Shown piece by piece: positions 38,525 to 49,301 of a DNA stretch of 64,000 bases (the stretch's first letter is position 1; the number at the start of each line of letters is the position of its first letter). Under the pieces are notes generated by a model. The model saw only the letters and a program-made list of their open reading frames with translations. It was not told where the DNA came from and did not search any database. A program made the translations under genes and the position numbers. The stretch covers positions 2,671-66,670 of the forward strand of contig CAYNUG010000002.1 in NCBI GenBank assembly GCA_964400545.1. Direction: 5' to 3'. Origin of the DNA: an uncultured Clostridia bacterium (lineage in GTDB: Bacteria; Acidobacteriota; Aminicenantia; UBA2199).

Positions 38525-40600
38525 ATGGAAGATTCAATGATTAGAAAGATCAGGAACATAGGGATAGTTGCTCATATAGATGCGGGCAAGACCACCACCA
38601 GTGAAAGGATCCTTTTTTTTACGGGGCTTACACACAAGATAGGGGAAGTTCACGACGGAGAGGCCGTAATGGATTTCATGAAGCAGGAACAGGAGCGTGG
38701 GATCACAATTACTTCTGCTGCAATTACTGCCAAATGGAAAGATCATCAGATCAATGTGATAGATACTCCCGGTCATATAGATTTTACTCTGGAAGTTGAG
38801 AGATCGCTGCGTGTTCTTGACGGGATAGTCATGGTATTCTGTGCGGTTGGAGGTGTAGAACCCCAGAGCGAAACAGTGTGGCACCAGGCAGACAGATACA
38901 AGGTCCCGAGAATTGCTTTTGTAAATAAGATGGATCGACAGGGAGCAGATTTGCTTCAGACAGTGGATATGATGAATGAAATGCTTGGAGCTAATGCCAT
39001 ACCGTTTCAGATCCCGATCGGGTCGGAAGAAAATTTCGCCGGTGTTGTAGATCTTATTTCGATGAAAGCAATAACTTATGACGGGATCAAGCAGGTCGAA
39101 AGTGATATTCCGGAAGATCTGAAATTGCAAGCTGAAAAATCAAGAGATGCACTTGTTGAAAAACTGGCAGATTATGATGATAAATTGATGGAAAAATATC
39201 TTGAAAATGAGGAGATAACTCCGGATGATATTCTCATAGCAACAAGAGAAGCTGTTCTGAAACTTCTTATTACTCCGGTTTTTTGTGGAACTGCATTTAA
39301 GAACAAAGGTGTCAGGCTTCTATTAGATGCCATTGTGGATTACCTGCCGTCTCCGATAGACAGAGGTATTGTTCTCGGATTTGATGTGAACGATACTGAA
39401 AAAACTATCTCAAGAAAACCTTCCTGGAGGAGACCTTTTTCCGCTCTTGCTTTTAAGATAATCAACGATAATTTTGTTGGTCAACAGACATTTGTCAGGG
39501 TTTATTCCGGCGAATTGAAATCCGGAAGTTATATATATAATTCAACAAAGGAAAAAAGAGAGAGAATAGGAAGGATAATGAGGATCCACGCTAACAGCAG
39601 AGAGGATATAAACATCCTCAGGGCGGGAGACATTGGTGCATTGATAGGGACGAAATTTACCACGACTGGAGATACGATCTGTGACGAGGCGGATCCGATA
39701 TTGCTTGAGAACATTCATTATCCCGAAACAGTTGTTGATCTAAAGATAAATCCTGCGAATATCAAGGATAGAGATAAACTGGGTATTGCATTGAATAAAA
39801 TGTCTCTTGAAGATCCTTCTTTCAAGGTGAACTATGATCAGGAGACGGAAGAAACAGTGATATCCGGAATGGGTGAGCTCCATCTCGAGGTAATAGTTGA
39901 CAGATTGAAAAATGAACATAAAGTGGATGTTGAAGTAGGTGAGCCGGCTGTTGCTTTCAGAGAAACGGTTTCTTCCGAGGTTCGATATGAATATAAATAT
40001 AAAAAGCAGACGGGAGGACACGGGCAATTCGCTCATATTGATTTCAGGATAGAATCCAATCCCGGTAATGGTTTGGAATTTGTAAATATGATCAAAGGCG
40101 GTAATATCCCTAAAGAATATATACCGGCTGTCAGAAAAGGATTCGAACATACTATGAGCAAAGGGCTTTTAGCAGGATATCCAATGGTTGATATAAAATT
40201 TACATTAATAGATGGAAGTTTTCATCCTGTTGATTCAAGCGAGATGGCTTTTCGAACCTGTACAGAGCTTGCTTTGAAAAGTGTTGTCAGTAAAGCTTCC
40301 CCGGTTCTATTGGAACCTATAATGAAAATTGAGATTAACACACCGGATGATTATATGGGTGATGTTATCGGCGATGTTAACAGAAGGCGGGGACATATAG
40401 ATAACATGAGAAGATATAGAAAGGGATCTCAGAAACTGAACGGGATAGTACCCCTAAGGGAGATGTTCGGATATGCTTCTGTCTTAAGAACAATATCCAG
40501 TGGAAGGGCGAATTACTCGATAGAATTCCTGAAATATTCCAAACTTCCGGCTGCCATAGCTGATGAAGTTATAAAGGAATTCAAAGAGAAGGATAAATAA
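38525..40600 (+). CDS. Elongation factor G family translational GTPase (EF-G paralog, not in an S12-S7 str operon context).
   Basis: G1 [10 protein letters not shown]3 DTPGH, G4 NKMD. Full five-domain length of 691 aa. Confidence 0.85.
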   Translation: MEDSMIRKIRNIGIVAHIDAGKTTTSERILFFTGLTHKIGEVHDGEAVMDFMKQEQERGITITSAAITAKWKDHQINVIDTPGHIDFTLEVERSLRVLDGIVMVFCAVGGVEPQSETVWHQADRYKVPRIAFVNKMDRQGADLLQTVDMMNEMLGANAIPFQIPIGSEENFAGVVDLISMKAITYDGIKQVESDIPEDLKLQAEKSRDALVEKLADYDDKLMEKYLENEEITPDDILIATREAVLKLLITPVFCGTAFKNKGVRLLLDAIVDYLPSPIDRGIVLGFDVNDTEKTISRKPSWRRPFSALAFKIINDNFVGQQTFVRVYSGELKSGSYIYNSTKEKRERIGRIMRIHANSREDINILRAGDIGALIGTKFTTTGDTICDEADPILLENIHYPETVVDLKINPANIKDRDKLGIALNKMSLEDPSFKVNYDQETEETVISGMGELHLEVIVDRLKNEHKVDVEVGEPAVAFRETVSSEVRYEYKYKKQTGGHGQFAHIDFRIESNPGNGLEFVNMIKGGNIPKEYIPAVRKGFEHTMSKGLLAGYPMVDIKFTLIDGSFHPVDSSEMAFRTCTELALKSVVSKASPVLLEPIMKIEINTPDDYMGDVIGDVNRRRGHIDNMRRYRKGSQKLNGIVPLREMFGYASVLRTISSGRANYSIEFLKYSKLPAAIADEVIKEFKEKDK

Positions 40601-40605
40601 GATCA

Positions 40606-41400
40606 TTATTTTCTGTAACTTTTCTCAAGAAAATACATGAGTGTTTTTTTTGGTAATATCCTTTTTAGTATCAATCCCGTTTTATAAACAAATCCGGGAA
40701 CACTTAGAAGTTTCCTCTTTTTAAAAGAACTGACAGCTTTTTCTGCAACTTTTTTAGCACTCCAATTAAAAAAATTGTCTGATCCTCTGAGTTTATCCAA
40801 CCCTGAATTGGAAAGCATTTCTGTCGCGATCCCTCCCGGTGCGAATGATGATATCGTAATGTTGCTGTTATTATTTTCTTTGCTGAGAATTTCCGTAAAT
40901 ACCTGAGCTGCATGTTTGGATGCTGTATAAACACCCTGGTAAACAAGAGGAAAGAAGGCTCCCATACTTGTTATATTCAGTATCGCTCCTTTATTTTTCT
41001 TTTTAAAATATTCGAGGAACAGTAAACTCAATTTCATTAGGGATTTAAAATTTACCTCTATAATTTGTTCGTATTTTTGATAATGCTTTATGTCGGCTGT
41101 ATTAAAATCTGTCATACCGGCGTTGTTGATTATTGCAAAAACATCTTTTTGTTTTATACTCTCATTAAAGAGGTTTTCTACGCTCAACGGATCAGAAAGA
41201 TCTGAACTGATCACCAGGACCTCACTTCCGAACTCTTTTTCGATTTTATTTTTAAGATTTATGAGTCTCTCTTTTCTCCTTGCAGTAATTATAAGATTTG
41301 CTTTTTCTTTTGAGGCAAGTTCTATTGCCAACGCTTCACCAAGACCGGAAGATGCACCGGTCACAACAACCCATTTGCCTTTAAAATCAATTTTTTTCAT
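40606..41400 (-). CDS. SDR family oxidoreductase.
   Basis: VVVTGASSGLGEALA cofactor motif. YTASK catalytic YxxxK. Confidence 0.8.
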   Translation of the reverse strand: MKKIDFKGKWVVVTGASSGLGEALAIELASKEKANLIITARRKERLINLKNKIEKEFGSEVLVISSDLSDPLSVENLFNESIKQKDVFAIINNAGMTDFNTADIKHYQKYEQIIEVNFKSLMKLSLLFLEYFKKKNKGAILNITSMGAFFPLVYQGVYTASKHAAQVFTEILSKENNNSNITISSFAPGGIATEMLSNSGLDKLRGSDNFFNWSAKKVAEKAVSSFKKRKLLSVPGFVYKTGLILKRILPKKTLMYFLEKSYRK

Positions 41401-41407
41401 TGCTCAA

Positions 41408-41926
41408 CTATCCCAGAAGGTCTGACAGTTTCCAGATGAACTGACCGACCCCCTTATGAATGCAAAGTCCGAACTGGGCTATCATTTCGTAAGCCGCACC
41501 GAATTGCGTAATGGCGTAACCTGCAATTGTGAATTGAGCCAGGCTGAACAGTCCCAGACCGAATTGAGAAATATTTATAACTCCTATTCCGAACTGGCCA
41601 ATTGCTATTATTCCTTTTGCCGGGACGGGAATTCCATTTGGTCTGTATTTAAAGGAGATATGAAGAACAGGCCATCCCATAAAAGTAGATCTTGATTTAT
41701 ATTCATAACCCCATCCGTCCCATTTTGCTTTTGCGGGATATGGAGCTCCACAACCCGGACAGGAAAAGGCCTGCTCGCTAATATCTTTTCCACACTCTCT
41801 ACATTTTTTCATGTCCATATTATATTTATTATCGGACTTACAAGCAACAGGAAATAAATTCCGGTAAAATAGTAATATATAACCTTCAAAATTGACTTTT
41901 GAATGAATCTTGAATAGAATCTTCAT
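41408..41926 (-). CDS. Zinc-ribbon protein with six tandem ~10-residue QFG-type repeats. Likely true start at internal MDMKKCRECG.
   Basis: CRECG...CPGCG zinc ribbon. Then GQFGIGVINISQFGLGLFSLAQFTIAGYAITQFGAAYEMIAQFGLCIHKGVGQF periodic repeat, also visible as ~30-nt DNA periodicity (ccgaactgg / ccgaattg). Confidence 0.4.
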   Translation of the reverse strand: MKILFKIHSKVNFEGYILLFYRNLFPVACKSDNKYNMDMKKCRECGKDISEQAFSCPGCGAPYPAKAKWDGWGYEYKSRSTFMGWPVLHISFKYRPNGIPVPAKGIIAIGQFGIGVINISQFGLGLFSLAQFTIAGYAITQFGAAYEMIAQFGLCIHKGVGQFIWKLSDLLG

Positions 41927-41977
41927 ACAAAAAAATATTGAGTTTAGTTACTTTCATACTGAACAAGGAGAATCGAA

Positions 41978-42910
41978 ATGGAAAAAAGAGATGTTATAAT
42001 AATCGGATCTGGTCCGGCAGGTCTGACAGCAGCAATATATGCGTCACGGGCAAATTTAAAACCTCTTGTTATAGAGGGTTATGGAGCTGGTGGCCAGCTC
42101 ATGATCACGACTGAGGTGGAAAATTTCCCGGGCTTTAGAGAAGGGATAACAGGTCCTGATCTGATTGCAGAATTAAGAGCTCAGGCGGAACGGTTTGGGA
42201 CGGAATTTCTGACTGCAGATGTTACAAAAGTTGAACTCACCGGTGACAGAAAAATTGTATGGGAAGATGATAACGAATATGAGGCAAAAGCCGTAATAAT
42301 TGCAACAGGTGCTACTGCGAATCTTCTCGGAATTGAAAGTGAAAAGAAATTAATGGGAAGAGGAGTAAGTGCATGTGCAACATGTGACGGATTCTTCTTT
42401 AAAGATAAGGTAGTATGTGTTATAGGTGGCGGGGACAGCGCCATGGAAGAAGGTACTTTTCTCACAAAGTTTGCAGAAAAGGTATATATTATTCATAGAA
42501 GGGATGAGTTCCGCGCTTCAAAAATAATGGTTCAGAAAGCAGAAAAGAACCCGAAAGTTGAATTCATTATGAATGCGGTTCCCGTAGAAATGCTTGGAGA
42601 AGAAAGAGTGACAGGGATCAGGCTCAGAGATACAGTTTCCGGCAAGGAAAAAGATATAGATCTGGATGGGATATTTGTAGCGATAGGCCATACTCCAAGT
42701 ACAAAATTATTTAAGGATCAGATAACTACTGATAAAAAGGGGTATATAGTTACTTCTCAGGATAAGAATAAAACAACTTACACAAACATTCCCGGAGTAT
42801 TTGCCTGTGGCGATGTCCAGGATTCCTTATACAGGCAGGCAATCACGGCTGCAGGGAGTGGATGCCAGGCAGCACTGGATTGTGAAAAGTTTCTTGAGGA
42901 GAATGAATAG
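41978..42910 (+). CDS. trxB: Thioredoxin-disulfide reductase.
   Basis: GSGPAG FAD motif. Redox-active CATC. GGGDSAMEE NADPH motif. 310 aa. Confidence 0.9.
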   Translation: MEKRDVIIIGSGPAGLTAAIYASRANLKPLVIEGYGAGGQLMITTEVENFPGFREGITGPDLIAELRAQAERFGTEFLTADVTKVELTGDRKIVWEDDNEYEAKAVIIATGATANLLGIESEKKLMGRGVSACATCDGFFFKDKVVCVIGGGDSAMEEGTFLTKFAEKVYIIHRRDEFRASKIMVQKAEKNPKVEFIMNAVPVEMLGEERVTGIRLRDTVSGKEKDIDLDGIFVAIGHTPSTKLFKDQITTDKKGYIVTSQDKNKTTYTNIPGVFACGDVQDSLYRQAITAAGSGCQAALDCEKFLEENE

Positions 42911-42946
42911 CTGAATTTATTTGTTTTTTATAAACGGGGCTGATAA

Positions 42947-45745
42947 TTGAATTTCAAAAGAGTCTCTCTTCTTGTGATTCTGTTTTTTTTGATCGGGGGA
43001 ATACTTCAGCCAAAATATCATCCGGAGATAAAATGGAATGAGATATCTCATGGAAAATTTATAATAATTTATCCTGAAGATCTAAAAAAGAAAGCTCTTT
43101 ATTCTTTGAATATTGCGGAGAAATTATATGTTGAGATCAAAGAGTTCTGGAAAAATGATATTAACGGGAGAGTAAGGATACTGATCCATGATTCATCGGA
43201 TAGTTTTAATGAAAAATCCACCTTTTTTCCGTTTAACAGGATCATTATCTCGATATGTCCTCCGGAGCCCTATTCTTTGTTCGGGAATTATGCCGACCAC
43301 ATCAAAAATGTAATAAGACATGGTCTGAACAGAATATTTGTTCTCAACAAAGGATCAAGGGTTTTAAACTTTTTCAGGAAGTATTTCGGATCCAACTCTG
43401 TGTTTTTCCCAACCATTTCTATTCCCGAATGGACAAGGTCGGGCTTAGCCGCTTTCGAGGAGATCGGTTCGGGAACAGGTACCCGATTTAGTTCTCCGGA
43501 GTTTGAACTTATTTTAAATAAGATAGCTTCTGAAAACAAATTTCCACCTTCGGGATCGTTGAAAAGCAGAAGTGCGAAATGGCCAGGACCAGTTACTTCA
43601 GATGTTTTTGGTTCCGGTTTGATCAAATTTCTTTTTGAAAGTGAAAAAAAAGATAAAATAATAAAATTCGTACAGAACTACGCTTCTAATCCCCTTCCTG
43701 TTGAATTCAGGGGATTGTTCAAGCTAAGTTTTTTGCCTATGTCAAAGCGATTTAAAATGGTATTCGGGAAAAGTCTGACAAATGTCTTGAGTGAAATTGA
43801 ATCCAGGTCAGGGAAAAGAGATAGGATCAATAATAATTATAAAAAACTAACTGATTCCGGTTTTGTTAAACAGTTTGTGACATATCTTTCGAATGGCAGT
43901 TTGGTTTTTTTTGCAGAAGATTATAAAAGCTATCCGGGGGTTTTTATTATGAAGAAGTCTGACGGGAAAGTATCGTCCCTCTTCAGAAAGAAATCCGTGA
44001 TTGGTATCAGTTATTTCAAGGATGAGAATATTCTCTATTTTTCAGCGATTGATTCTTTTAGGAAGTATTTTGATTTTGCAGATATTTACAGTTTTAATCT
44101 TAATGAGAAAAGGATTGTGAGATTATCAAGAGGAGAAAGGCTTTCATATCCTGTAAGATCAGGCAATAAGATATATTGTATAAAAAATGATAGTGAAGGA
44201 TCGTATCTGGTGTATTTAAAGACAGGTGACTCGAAAGTACATAAAATATCAGACAGATTCACATCTTTGTCCGGTTTATCGGTTTCACCGGATGGAAGAC
44301 GTATCGCTGTTTCGGTCAAAGGGGATAACCACAATTGGAAGATAGGTGTTTTCAATATAGAGGGTAATATTCAGGGTTTTATCGACTACAAAGGGAACAG
44401 ATCTTTTTCACCGGTTTGGAAGAGTAGTGATGACCTGATGTTTGTAACTGCTCTTGAGAAGAGATTCGGATTGATTTTGTTTAATATGAGATCCGGAAAA
44501 ACGAAAATGTATAATTCAGATGATCTACCTTCATTTAAATTTTTCTGTATCACAGGTACGGATAGTATCGTTGCTCCGGTTCTGACCGGGAAGGGTTATG
44601 ATTTGATGAAGATCGATCTGAATACTATGGCATCTGAGTGTTTTTCCTGTTCTCTGTCTGAATCGGAAATGAAACCAGGTAATGGATCATCATCTGTTCC
44701 TGTTGAAAATAATTATAGATCTTTCAGAGATTTTACACCAAAATATTTTACTTTGACCTTTAGAGAAGGGGGGGATGAGCTGCAAGCGGGCCTTCTTGCA
44801 TCCGGTTTCGATTTGTTGAAGAAGCACTACTTTAAAGTAAAGTATCTTTCGGGAGTGGTAAGCGGAAGATCAAATTATTACCTTAATTATATTTACAACG
44901 GACTTCCCGGGGAATTCAATTTGAAATACTCAAATTTTTCTGATTTGAACAGAAGTGATGAAATGGGAAAGTTTTTTCATGTATCAAAAAAATTCACTGC
45001 TTCTTATACTTTCCCGCTCTCAATTACTTCCGATGGTGTTTTTTCAATATTTACGGATATTCATCTTGAAAGTAATGTTGACAGGTTCAATAAATCATTT
45101 GATGATATTAATACAGTTTTCAATGGAGTTAGAGCGGGAGTGAGTATTCGCTCGACAGAGATTTATTATAATTCCATATCGGAAAATGACGGTTTTAATT
45201 TTAATGTGATCTATTCACAGGAAATGAAGTCACTTGGCAGTTTTTCCGATTCAAGAATGTTTTCACTGGAATATTCACAATTTCTTCCCATTTCAGATAT
45301 TAATGTTTTAGCTTTGAGATTTGCTTTTGCAGAATCATGGGGACAATACAGGAGAAAGTTCCGTTTGGGAGGGATCACTGGAGGTACTGGGCAGAGTTAT
45401 TCAAATGAAAGATTGTTCGGGCTTTTGAGAGGATATCCGTCCGGATATTTCAGTGGTACAACCGGATTTTCCTTGAATTTAGAATACAGAATGCTAATAA
45501 CAAGAATAGAGAGACCTTTCCTTATCTTTAAAAGTATCGAAAGTATTTATGCGTCACTATTTCTTGACTCAGGCCAGGTGTGTGGAGAGAGGATGGGGCT
45601 TGATCCTGTAATTTCAGCTGGTGGAGAACTTAACCTGGTGTTGTATCTTGGTTCCTTGAAATATGTGGTAACAGGTGGTGTTGCCTTTGGGATCAATCCG
45701 GAAAGGTCCCCGGTTTTTTATTTCAGGATCGGAAGTTCATTCTGA
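42947..45745 (+). CDS. Large outer-membrane-associated protein with TolB-like beta-propeller repeats and a C-terminal beta-barrel-like region ending in Phe.
   Basis: Signal/anchor MNFKRVSLLVILFFLIGG. VSPDGRRIAVSV propeller-type repeats. C-terminal GINPERSPVFYFRIGSSF resembles an Omp85-type terminal strand. 932 aa. Confidence 0.45.
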   Translation: MNFKRVSLLVILFFLIGGILQPKYHPEIKWNEISHGKFIIIYPEDLKKKALYSLNIAEKLYVEIKEFWKNDINGRVRILIHDSSDSFNEKSTFFPFNRIIISICPPEPYSLFGNYADHIKNVIRHGLNRIFVLNKGSRVLNFFRKYFGSNSVFFPTISIPEWTRSGLAAFEEIGSGTGTRFSSPEFELILNKIASENKFPPSGSLKSRSAKWPGPVTSDVFGSGLIKFLFESEKKDKIIKFVQNYASNPLPVEFRGLFKLSFLPMSKRFKMVFGKSLTNVLSEIESRSGKRDRINNNYKKLTDSGFVKQFVTYLSNGSLVFFAEDYKSYPGVFIMKKSDGKVSSLFRKKSVIGISYFKDENILYFSAIDSFRKYFDFADIYSFNLNEKRIVRLSRGERLSYPVRSGNKIYCIKNDSEGSYLVYLKTGDSKVHKISDRFTSLSGLSVSPDGRRIAVSVKGDNHNWKIGVFNIEGNIQGFIDYKGNRSFSPVWKSSDDLMFVTALEKRFGLILFNMRSGKTKMYNSDDLPSFKFFCITGTDSIVAPVLTGKGYDLMKIDLNTMASECFSCSLSESEMKPGNGSSSVPVENNYRSFRDFTPKYFTLTFREGGDELQAGLLASGFDLLKKHYFKVKYLSGVVSGRSNYYLNYIYNGLPGEFNLKYSNFSDLNRSDEMGKFFHVSKKFTASYTFPLSITSDGVFSIFTDIHLESNVDRFNKSFDDINTVFNGVRAGVSIRSTEIYYNSISENDGFNFNVIYSQEMKSLGSFSDSRMFSLEYSQFLPISDINVLALRFAFAESWGQYRRKFRLGGITGGTGQSYSNERLFGLLRGYPSGYFSGTTGFSLNLEYRMLITRIERPFLIFKSIESIYASLFLDSGQVCGERMGLDPVISAGGELNLVLYLGSLKYVVTGGVAFGINPERSPVFYFRIGSSF

Positions 45746-45747
45746 GA

Positions 45748-46539
45748 TCAAGTATGATCTGCAAGCAGGTATTCTCGCTTTTTGAAAACATATACTGACA
45801 CGGCAAAGAATATGGCAGAGAAGATGAGAAGGGTTATCAGTGCTTTTGCATAACCCGGTTGTACAACACCTATGTTCAATATCCCTTTCTCTTTAGGTAT
45901 CCTGATCGGTGACAAAGAATTGAAGTAGAAAAAGATTGTCAACTTCTGAGCAGTTCCGGGTAGTATTTGAGCGATTGTTTCCCATCCGAATATATATATT
46001 AATCCTATAATAGTTGATTTCTTTAGTAAAACGCCAAACAGTAGAAAAAGGGAACTGTATGCAATAATAGCGACCAGTCCGGTAAATTGAAGCTGAAGAA
46101 GGGTTGCTATGCTTTTAGTTGTAAAAATTTTTTTGAAGTGAGTCATAATATATAAAATTGTTGATCCGATCGAGAAACTGAGAAAGGATACGGAAAGATA
46201 TGCGGAAAATTTTCCGCTTAAAATAGAAAATTTTGAAACCGGGGATGTGTTCAGATAGATCAGGGTTTTGCTGTCGATCTCATCACTTAGGACTGCGGCA
46301 CCGAAAAGGAGTGAGATCAATTGGATATAAAATTGGAAATAGAAAGGCATTCCTCCGTTTTTAAAAAAATCACTCCCGGCTAACAGGTTGTCATGATAGA
46401 TTAATTTGAGGCCGTTAATGATCAGAAAGATCAGTAACGGAGTAAGGGAGAACAAAATAAAGAATTTCGTTTTCTTAGATCGCATAAGGATCTTTACAAA
46501 AAAACCGTAGATCACTTTTATTTTATTAAGATTGGCCAT
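45748..46539 (-). CDS. ABC-2 type transporter permease.
   Basis: Six hydrophobic helices. Adjacent to ABC ATPase gene. Confidence 0.6.
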   Translation of the reverse strand: MANLNKIKVIYGFFVKILMRSKKTKFFILFSLTPLLIFLIINGLKLIYHDNLLAGSDFFKNGGMPFYFQFYIQLISLLFGAAVLSDEIDSKTLIYLNTSPVSKFSILSGKFSAYLSVSFLSFSIGSTILYIMTHFKKIFTTKSIATLLQLQFTGLVAIIAYSSLFLLFGVLLKKSTIIGLIYIFGWETIAQILPGTAQKLTIFFYFNSLSPIRIPKEKGILNIGVVQPGYAKALITLLIFSAIFFAVSVYVFKKREYLLADHT

Positions 46540-46541
46540 TG

Positions 46542-47468
46542 TTACCTTCCAATTAGATAGTCAAAAACAGATTGGAGATTATCATCAGGAGAAGTTATTT
46601 CACTGACGTTGATAGTAGAATTGCTTATGGCATTAGTAAGTGTATCGAAGAATCTGTCCCTTTTATCTGTTTCAAATATCACTTTCTTTTCGTTGTCCAG
46701 AAATTGAATGTTCAACAGCAGATCATCCTTCATCATTTTCATGGCAAGATCTCTGCTATTGTCACAAATTACTGAGATCTTGTGGGGATGTGATCCGATA
46801 AGGTCTCTGATCTCCTGAATATCCCCATGAGCGAAGATTTTCCCCTGATGAATTAGAATTACATTGTTTGTCATTGACTCGATCTCGGAGAGAATATGTG
46901 AGGAAACTATAATAGTCCTTCCTTCTTCTTCGAACTCTTTCAACATCTTTATGATCCTGATTCGCCAAAGTGGGTCAACTCCTCTCAATGGTTCGTCAAG
47001 GATAAGCAGATCAGAGTCATTTATTATACTTGAGGCAAATTTAAGCCTTTGTCTCATCCCAAGGCTATATGCAGTTATCTTTCTATCTTTACTGTCAGTC
47101 AGGCCTACTTTCTCAATAGCAGTAAGAGCTCGCTGATCAGTCTCTTTTTTACTATAACCGAAAAGTGCAGATTTGAACCGGATAAATTCCCAACCTGTAA
47201 CCTCACGATAGTAAGCATCGAATTCAGGACAATACCCGATCCTCTGAAACAGTTCCTGATTGTCGAAAACCGGCTCATCAAATATTTTGATCTCGCCGAT
47301 ATTCGGTTTCAATTGTCCTGTCAGGATCTTTAGGAAAGTTGATTTTCCGGCTCCGTTCGGTCCCAGCAGTCCTTGAATTCCTTTTGAGATCTCTACTGAT
47401 ATTTCACTCAGCCCGAGAACATTTCCATACCATTTTGAAAGGTTTTCACCTTTTATGACCGTACTCAT
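46542..47468 (-). CDS. ABC transporter ATP-binding protein.
   Basis: Walker A GPNGAGKST. Signature and Walker B (LILDEP). 308 aa. Confidence 0.85.
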   Translation of the reverse strand: MSTVIKGENLSKWYGNVLGLSEISVEISKGIQGLLGPNGAGKSTFLKILTGQLKPNIGEIKIFDEPVFDNQELFQRIGYCPEFDAYYREVTGWEFIRFKSALFGYSKKETDQRALTAIEKVGLTDSKDRKITAYSLGMRQRLKFASSIINDSDLLILDEPLRGVDPLWRIRIIKMLKEFEEEGRTIIVSSHILSEIESMTNNVILIHQGKIFAHGDIQEIRDLIGSHPHKISVICDNSRDLAMKMMKDDLLLNIQFLDNEKKVIFETDKRDRFFDTLTNAISNSTINVSEITSPDDNLQSVFDYLIGR

Positions 47469-47469
47469 T

Positions 47470-48318
47470 CTATATCTCCACCTTTTTGAGCCTGTATGAG
47501 AGGACTAGCAGGAATACAGCTGTCAGTCCGAGGAGAATTGCACCCGATATCCACCCAGGGGCACTAAATTCGAGTTGTGTACCAAACACAAAGGATCCAA
47601 ACTGCTGTATGTTTTTTTCAATTGAGATATACATGAAATTATCGTTTTTGAATATTCCCCAGAACATCCCTGCGATCATCTGGCTCATAAAGAAGGCAAC
47701 AAAGAAAATTATCTTTACAAATCTTCCGTTCTCACTTAACGATGAGAGCATAAGCATCAGAGATGACCAGAAGAGAGAAATGACGACCGGGAATATAATT
47801 GATTTGGTTAATAAAGTAATTCCTGCAGAAAAATCTCCGGTAAAAATTACTTTGAAAATCACGAGAAGTATACCCGGGACAAGTGTGAACATGAGAAGGT
47901 AGAAGAGTATAATGGAAAATTTTCCTGTAATATAGTCAAGTTTACTAAGGGGTCTTGCAAGATAGAGAGAGATAGATCTATGTTTAAGGTCATTTGATAT
48001 CAGTTCGGATCCTGCAAAGACGGAAAGTATGGCACTCATGAAAACAAGAAATCCGTTTGTATAATATGTCCTGAAAAGCTGAGCATCTGAAGATATCATC
48101 TTAACAAGCTTTGACATCATTTTAAGTTCGGGTTTTGATGATATATAAAGTGCTATAAGAAAAATAAAGAATAGTGAAGATGTTGTTGCAAATAGAAGTT
48201 TTGAGAATCTTTTTTTGTAGACACCCTTAATACCTGTTGTAAATATAGGGAACCACTTTGTTTTTGATCTGTTCAGATCTCCTTCCCAATTGTAATAACC
48301 GCCTTCTCTAATCGGCAC
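47470..48318 (-). CDS. ABC-2 type transporter permease.
   Basis: Multi-helix hydrophobic protein between the two ABC ATPase genes. Confidence 0.6.
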   Translation of the reverse strand: MPIREGGYYNWEGDLNRSKTKWFPIFTTGIKGVYKKRFSKLLFATTSSLFFIFLIALYISSKPELKMMSKLVKMISSDAQLFRTYYTNGFLVFMSAILSVFAGSELISNDLKHRSISLYLARPLSKLDYITGKFSIILFYLLMFTLVPGILLVIFKVIFTGDFSAGITLLTKSIIFPVVISLFWSSLMLMLSSLSENGRFVKIIFFVAFFMSQMIAGMFWGIFKNDNFMYISIEKNIQQFGSFVFGTQLEFSAPGWISGAILLGLTAVFLLVLSYRLKKVEI

Positions 48319-49228
48319 TGTTCTCTCCTATTGCATTCATGAACGTATCCTCCAGTGTCGATCTTTTTCTAAGGAAATGGCGGATGTGAGTCCCGGATTT
48401 GAGTGCAGCATCAAAGATCTTCTTTGTGGAAAAATCAGATGGGAGTTGTATTTTGATCATACCACGGCCGGCTTCTTCGTATTTGAATTCTTTGAATATA
48501 TTTAAGAACCCGGAAATGTTCCCTCCGAGTTTGATCTCGAAGATATCAACATTTTTTGAGGTTATGACAGATATTTTTTCGTTAGCAATGATCTTCCCTT
48601 TGTCCATTATGATCACATCTTCACATGTGGCTTCGATGTCTGTAAGAATATGAGAAGATATTATTATGCTCATTGTTCCTTTTCTTGATATATCATTGAT
48701 CAGTTCGATCATTTCTTTCCTGGAACCGGGGTCCATTCCTGATGTAGGTTCATCAAGGAAGAGCAGGACCGGATCGTGAACTATGGAAGAAGCAAGCTTG
48801 AGCCTCTGCATCATTCCCGAGGAATATGTTTCGACCTTTCTGTATCTTGATTCTTCAAGTCCGACATAATAGAGTACTTCATGAGCTCTTTTAATGGCTT
48901 CCTGCTTAGGCATTCCGCTCAACCGACCGAGGTAAGAAGTGAAATCAACTGCATCCATCCCGGGGATGATCGAATCTCTCTCTGACATATATCCGACTTG
49001 CTCTCTTAACTCTCTTCTGTTTTCTTCAATGTTATAACCGAGTATTTTTCCGTGTCCCGCCGAGGCTTTCAAAAATCCGAGGATCAGTTTCATGAGAGTA
49101 GTCTTGCCGGCACCGTTAGGTCCGAGAAGACCATATATCCCTTTTTTGGTGATCAGGCTGACATTGTCAACTGCTTTTATGTTGCCGTAGCTGAAGGTCA
49201 GCCCGTTCAATTCGATTGTTGTTCCCAC
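48308..49228 (-). CDS. ABC transporter ATP-binding protein.
   Basis: Walker A GPNGAGKTT. Signature SSGMMQRL. Walker B LFLDEPTSGMD. Confidence 0.85.
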   Translation of the reverse strand: MGTTIELNGLTFSYGNIKAVDNVSLITKKGIYGLLGPNGAGKTTLMKLILGFLKASAGHGKILGYNIEENRRELREQVGYMSERDSIIPGMDAVDFTSYLGRLSGMPKQEAIKRAHEVLYYVGLEESRYRKVETYSSGMMQRLKLASSIVHDPVLLFLDEPTSGMDPGSRKEMIELINDISRKGTMSIIISSHILTDIEATCEDVIIMDKGKIIANEKISVITSKNVDIFEIKLGGNISGFLNIFKEFKYEEAGRGMIKIQLPSDFSTKKIFDAALKSGTHIRHFLRKRSTLEDTFMNAIGENSAD

Positions 49229-49301
49229 AATTTAAGTATACGATTTTTTTTTGATATTGTTTCTTTTATGGATTATCATACTAAATTCAGAAGGAGGTAG
49301 G

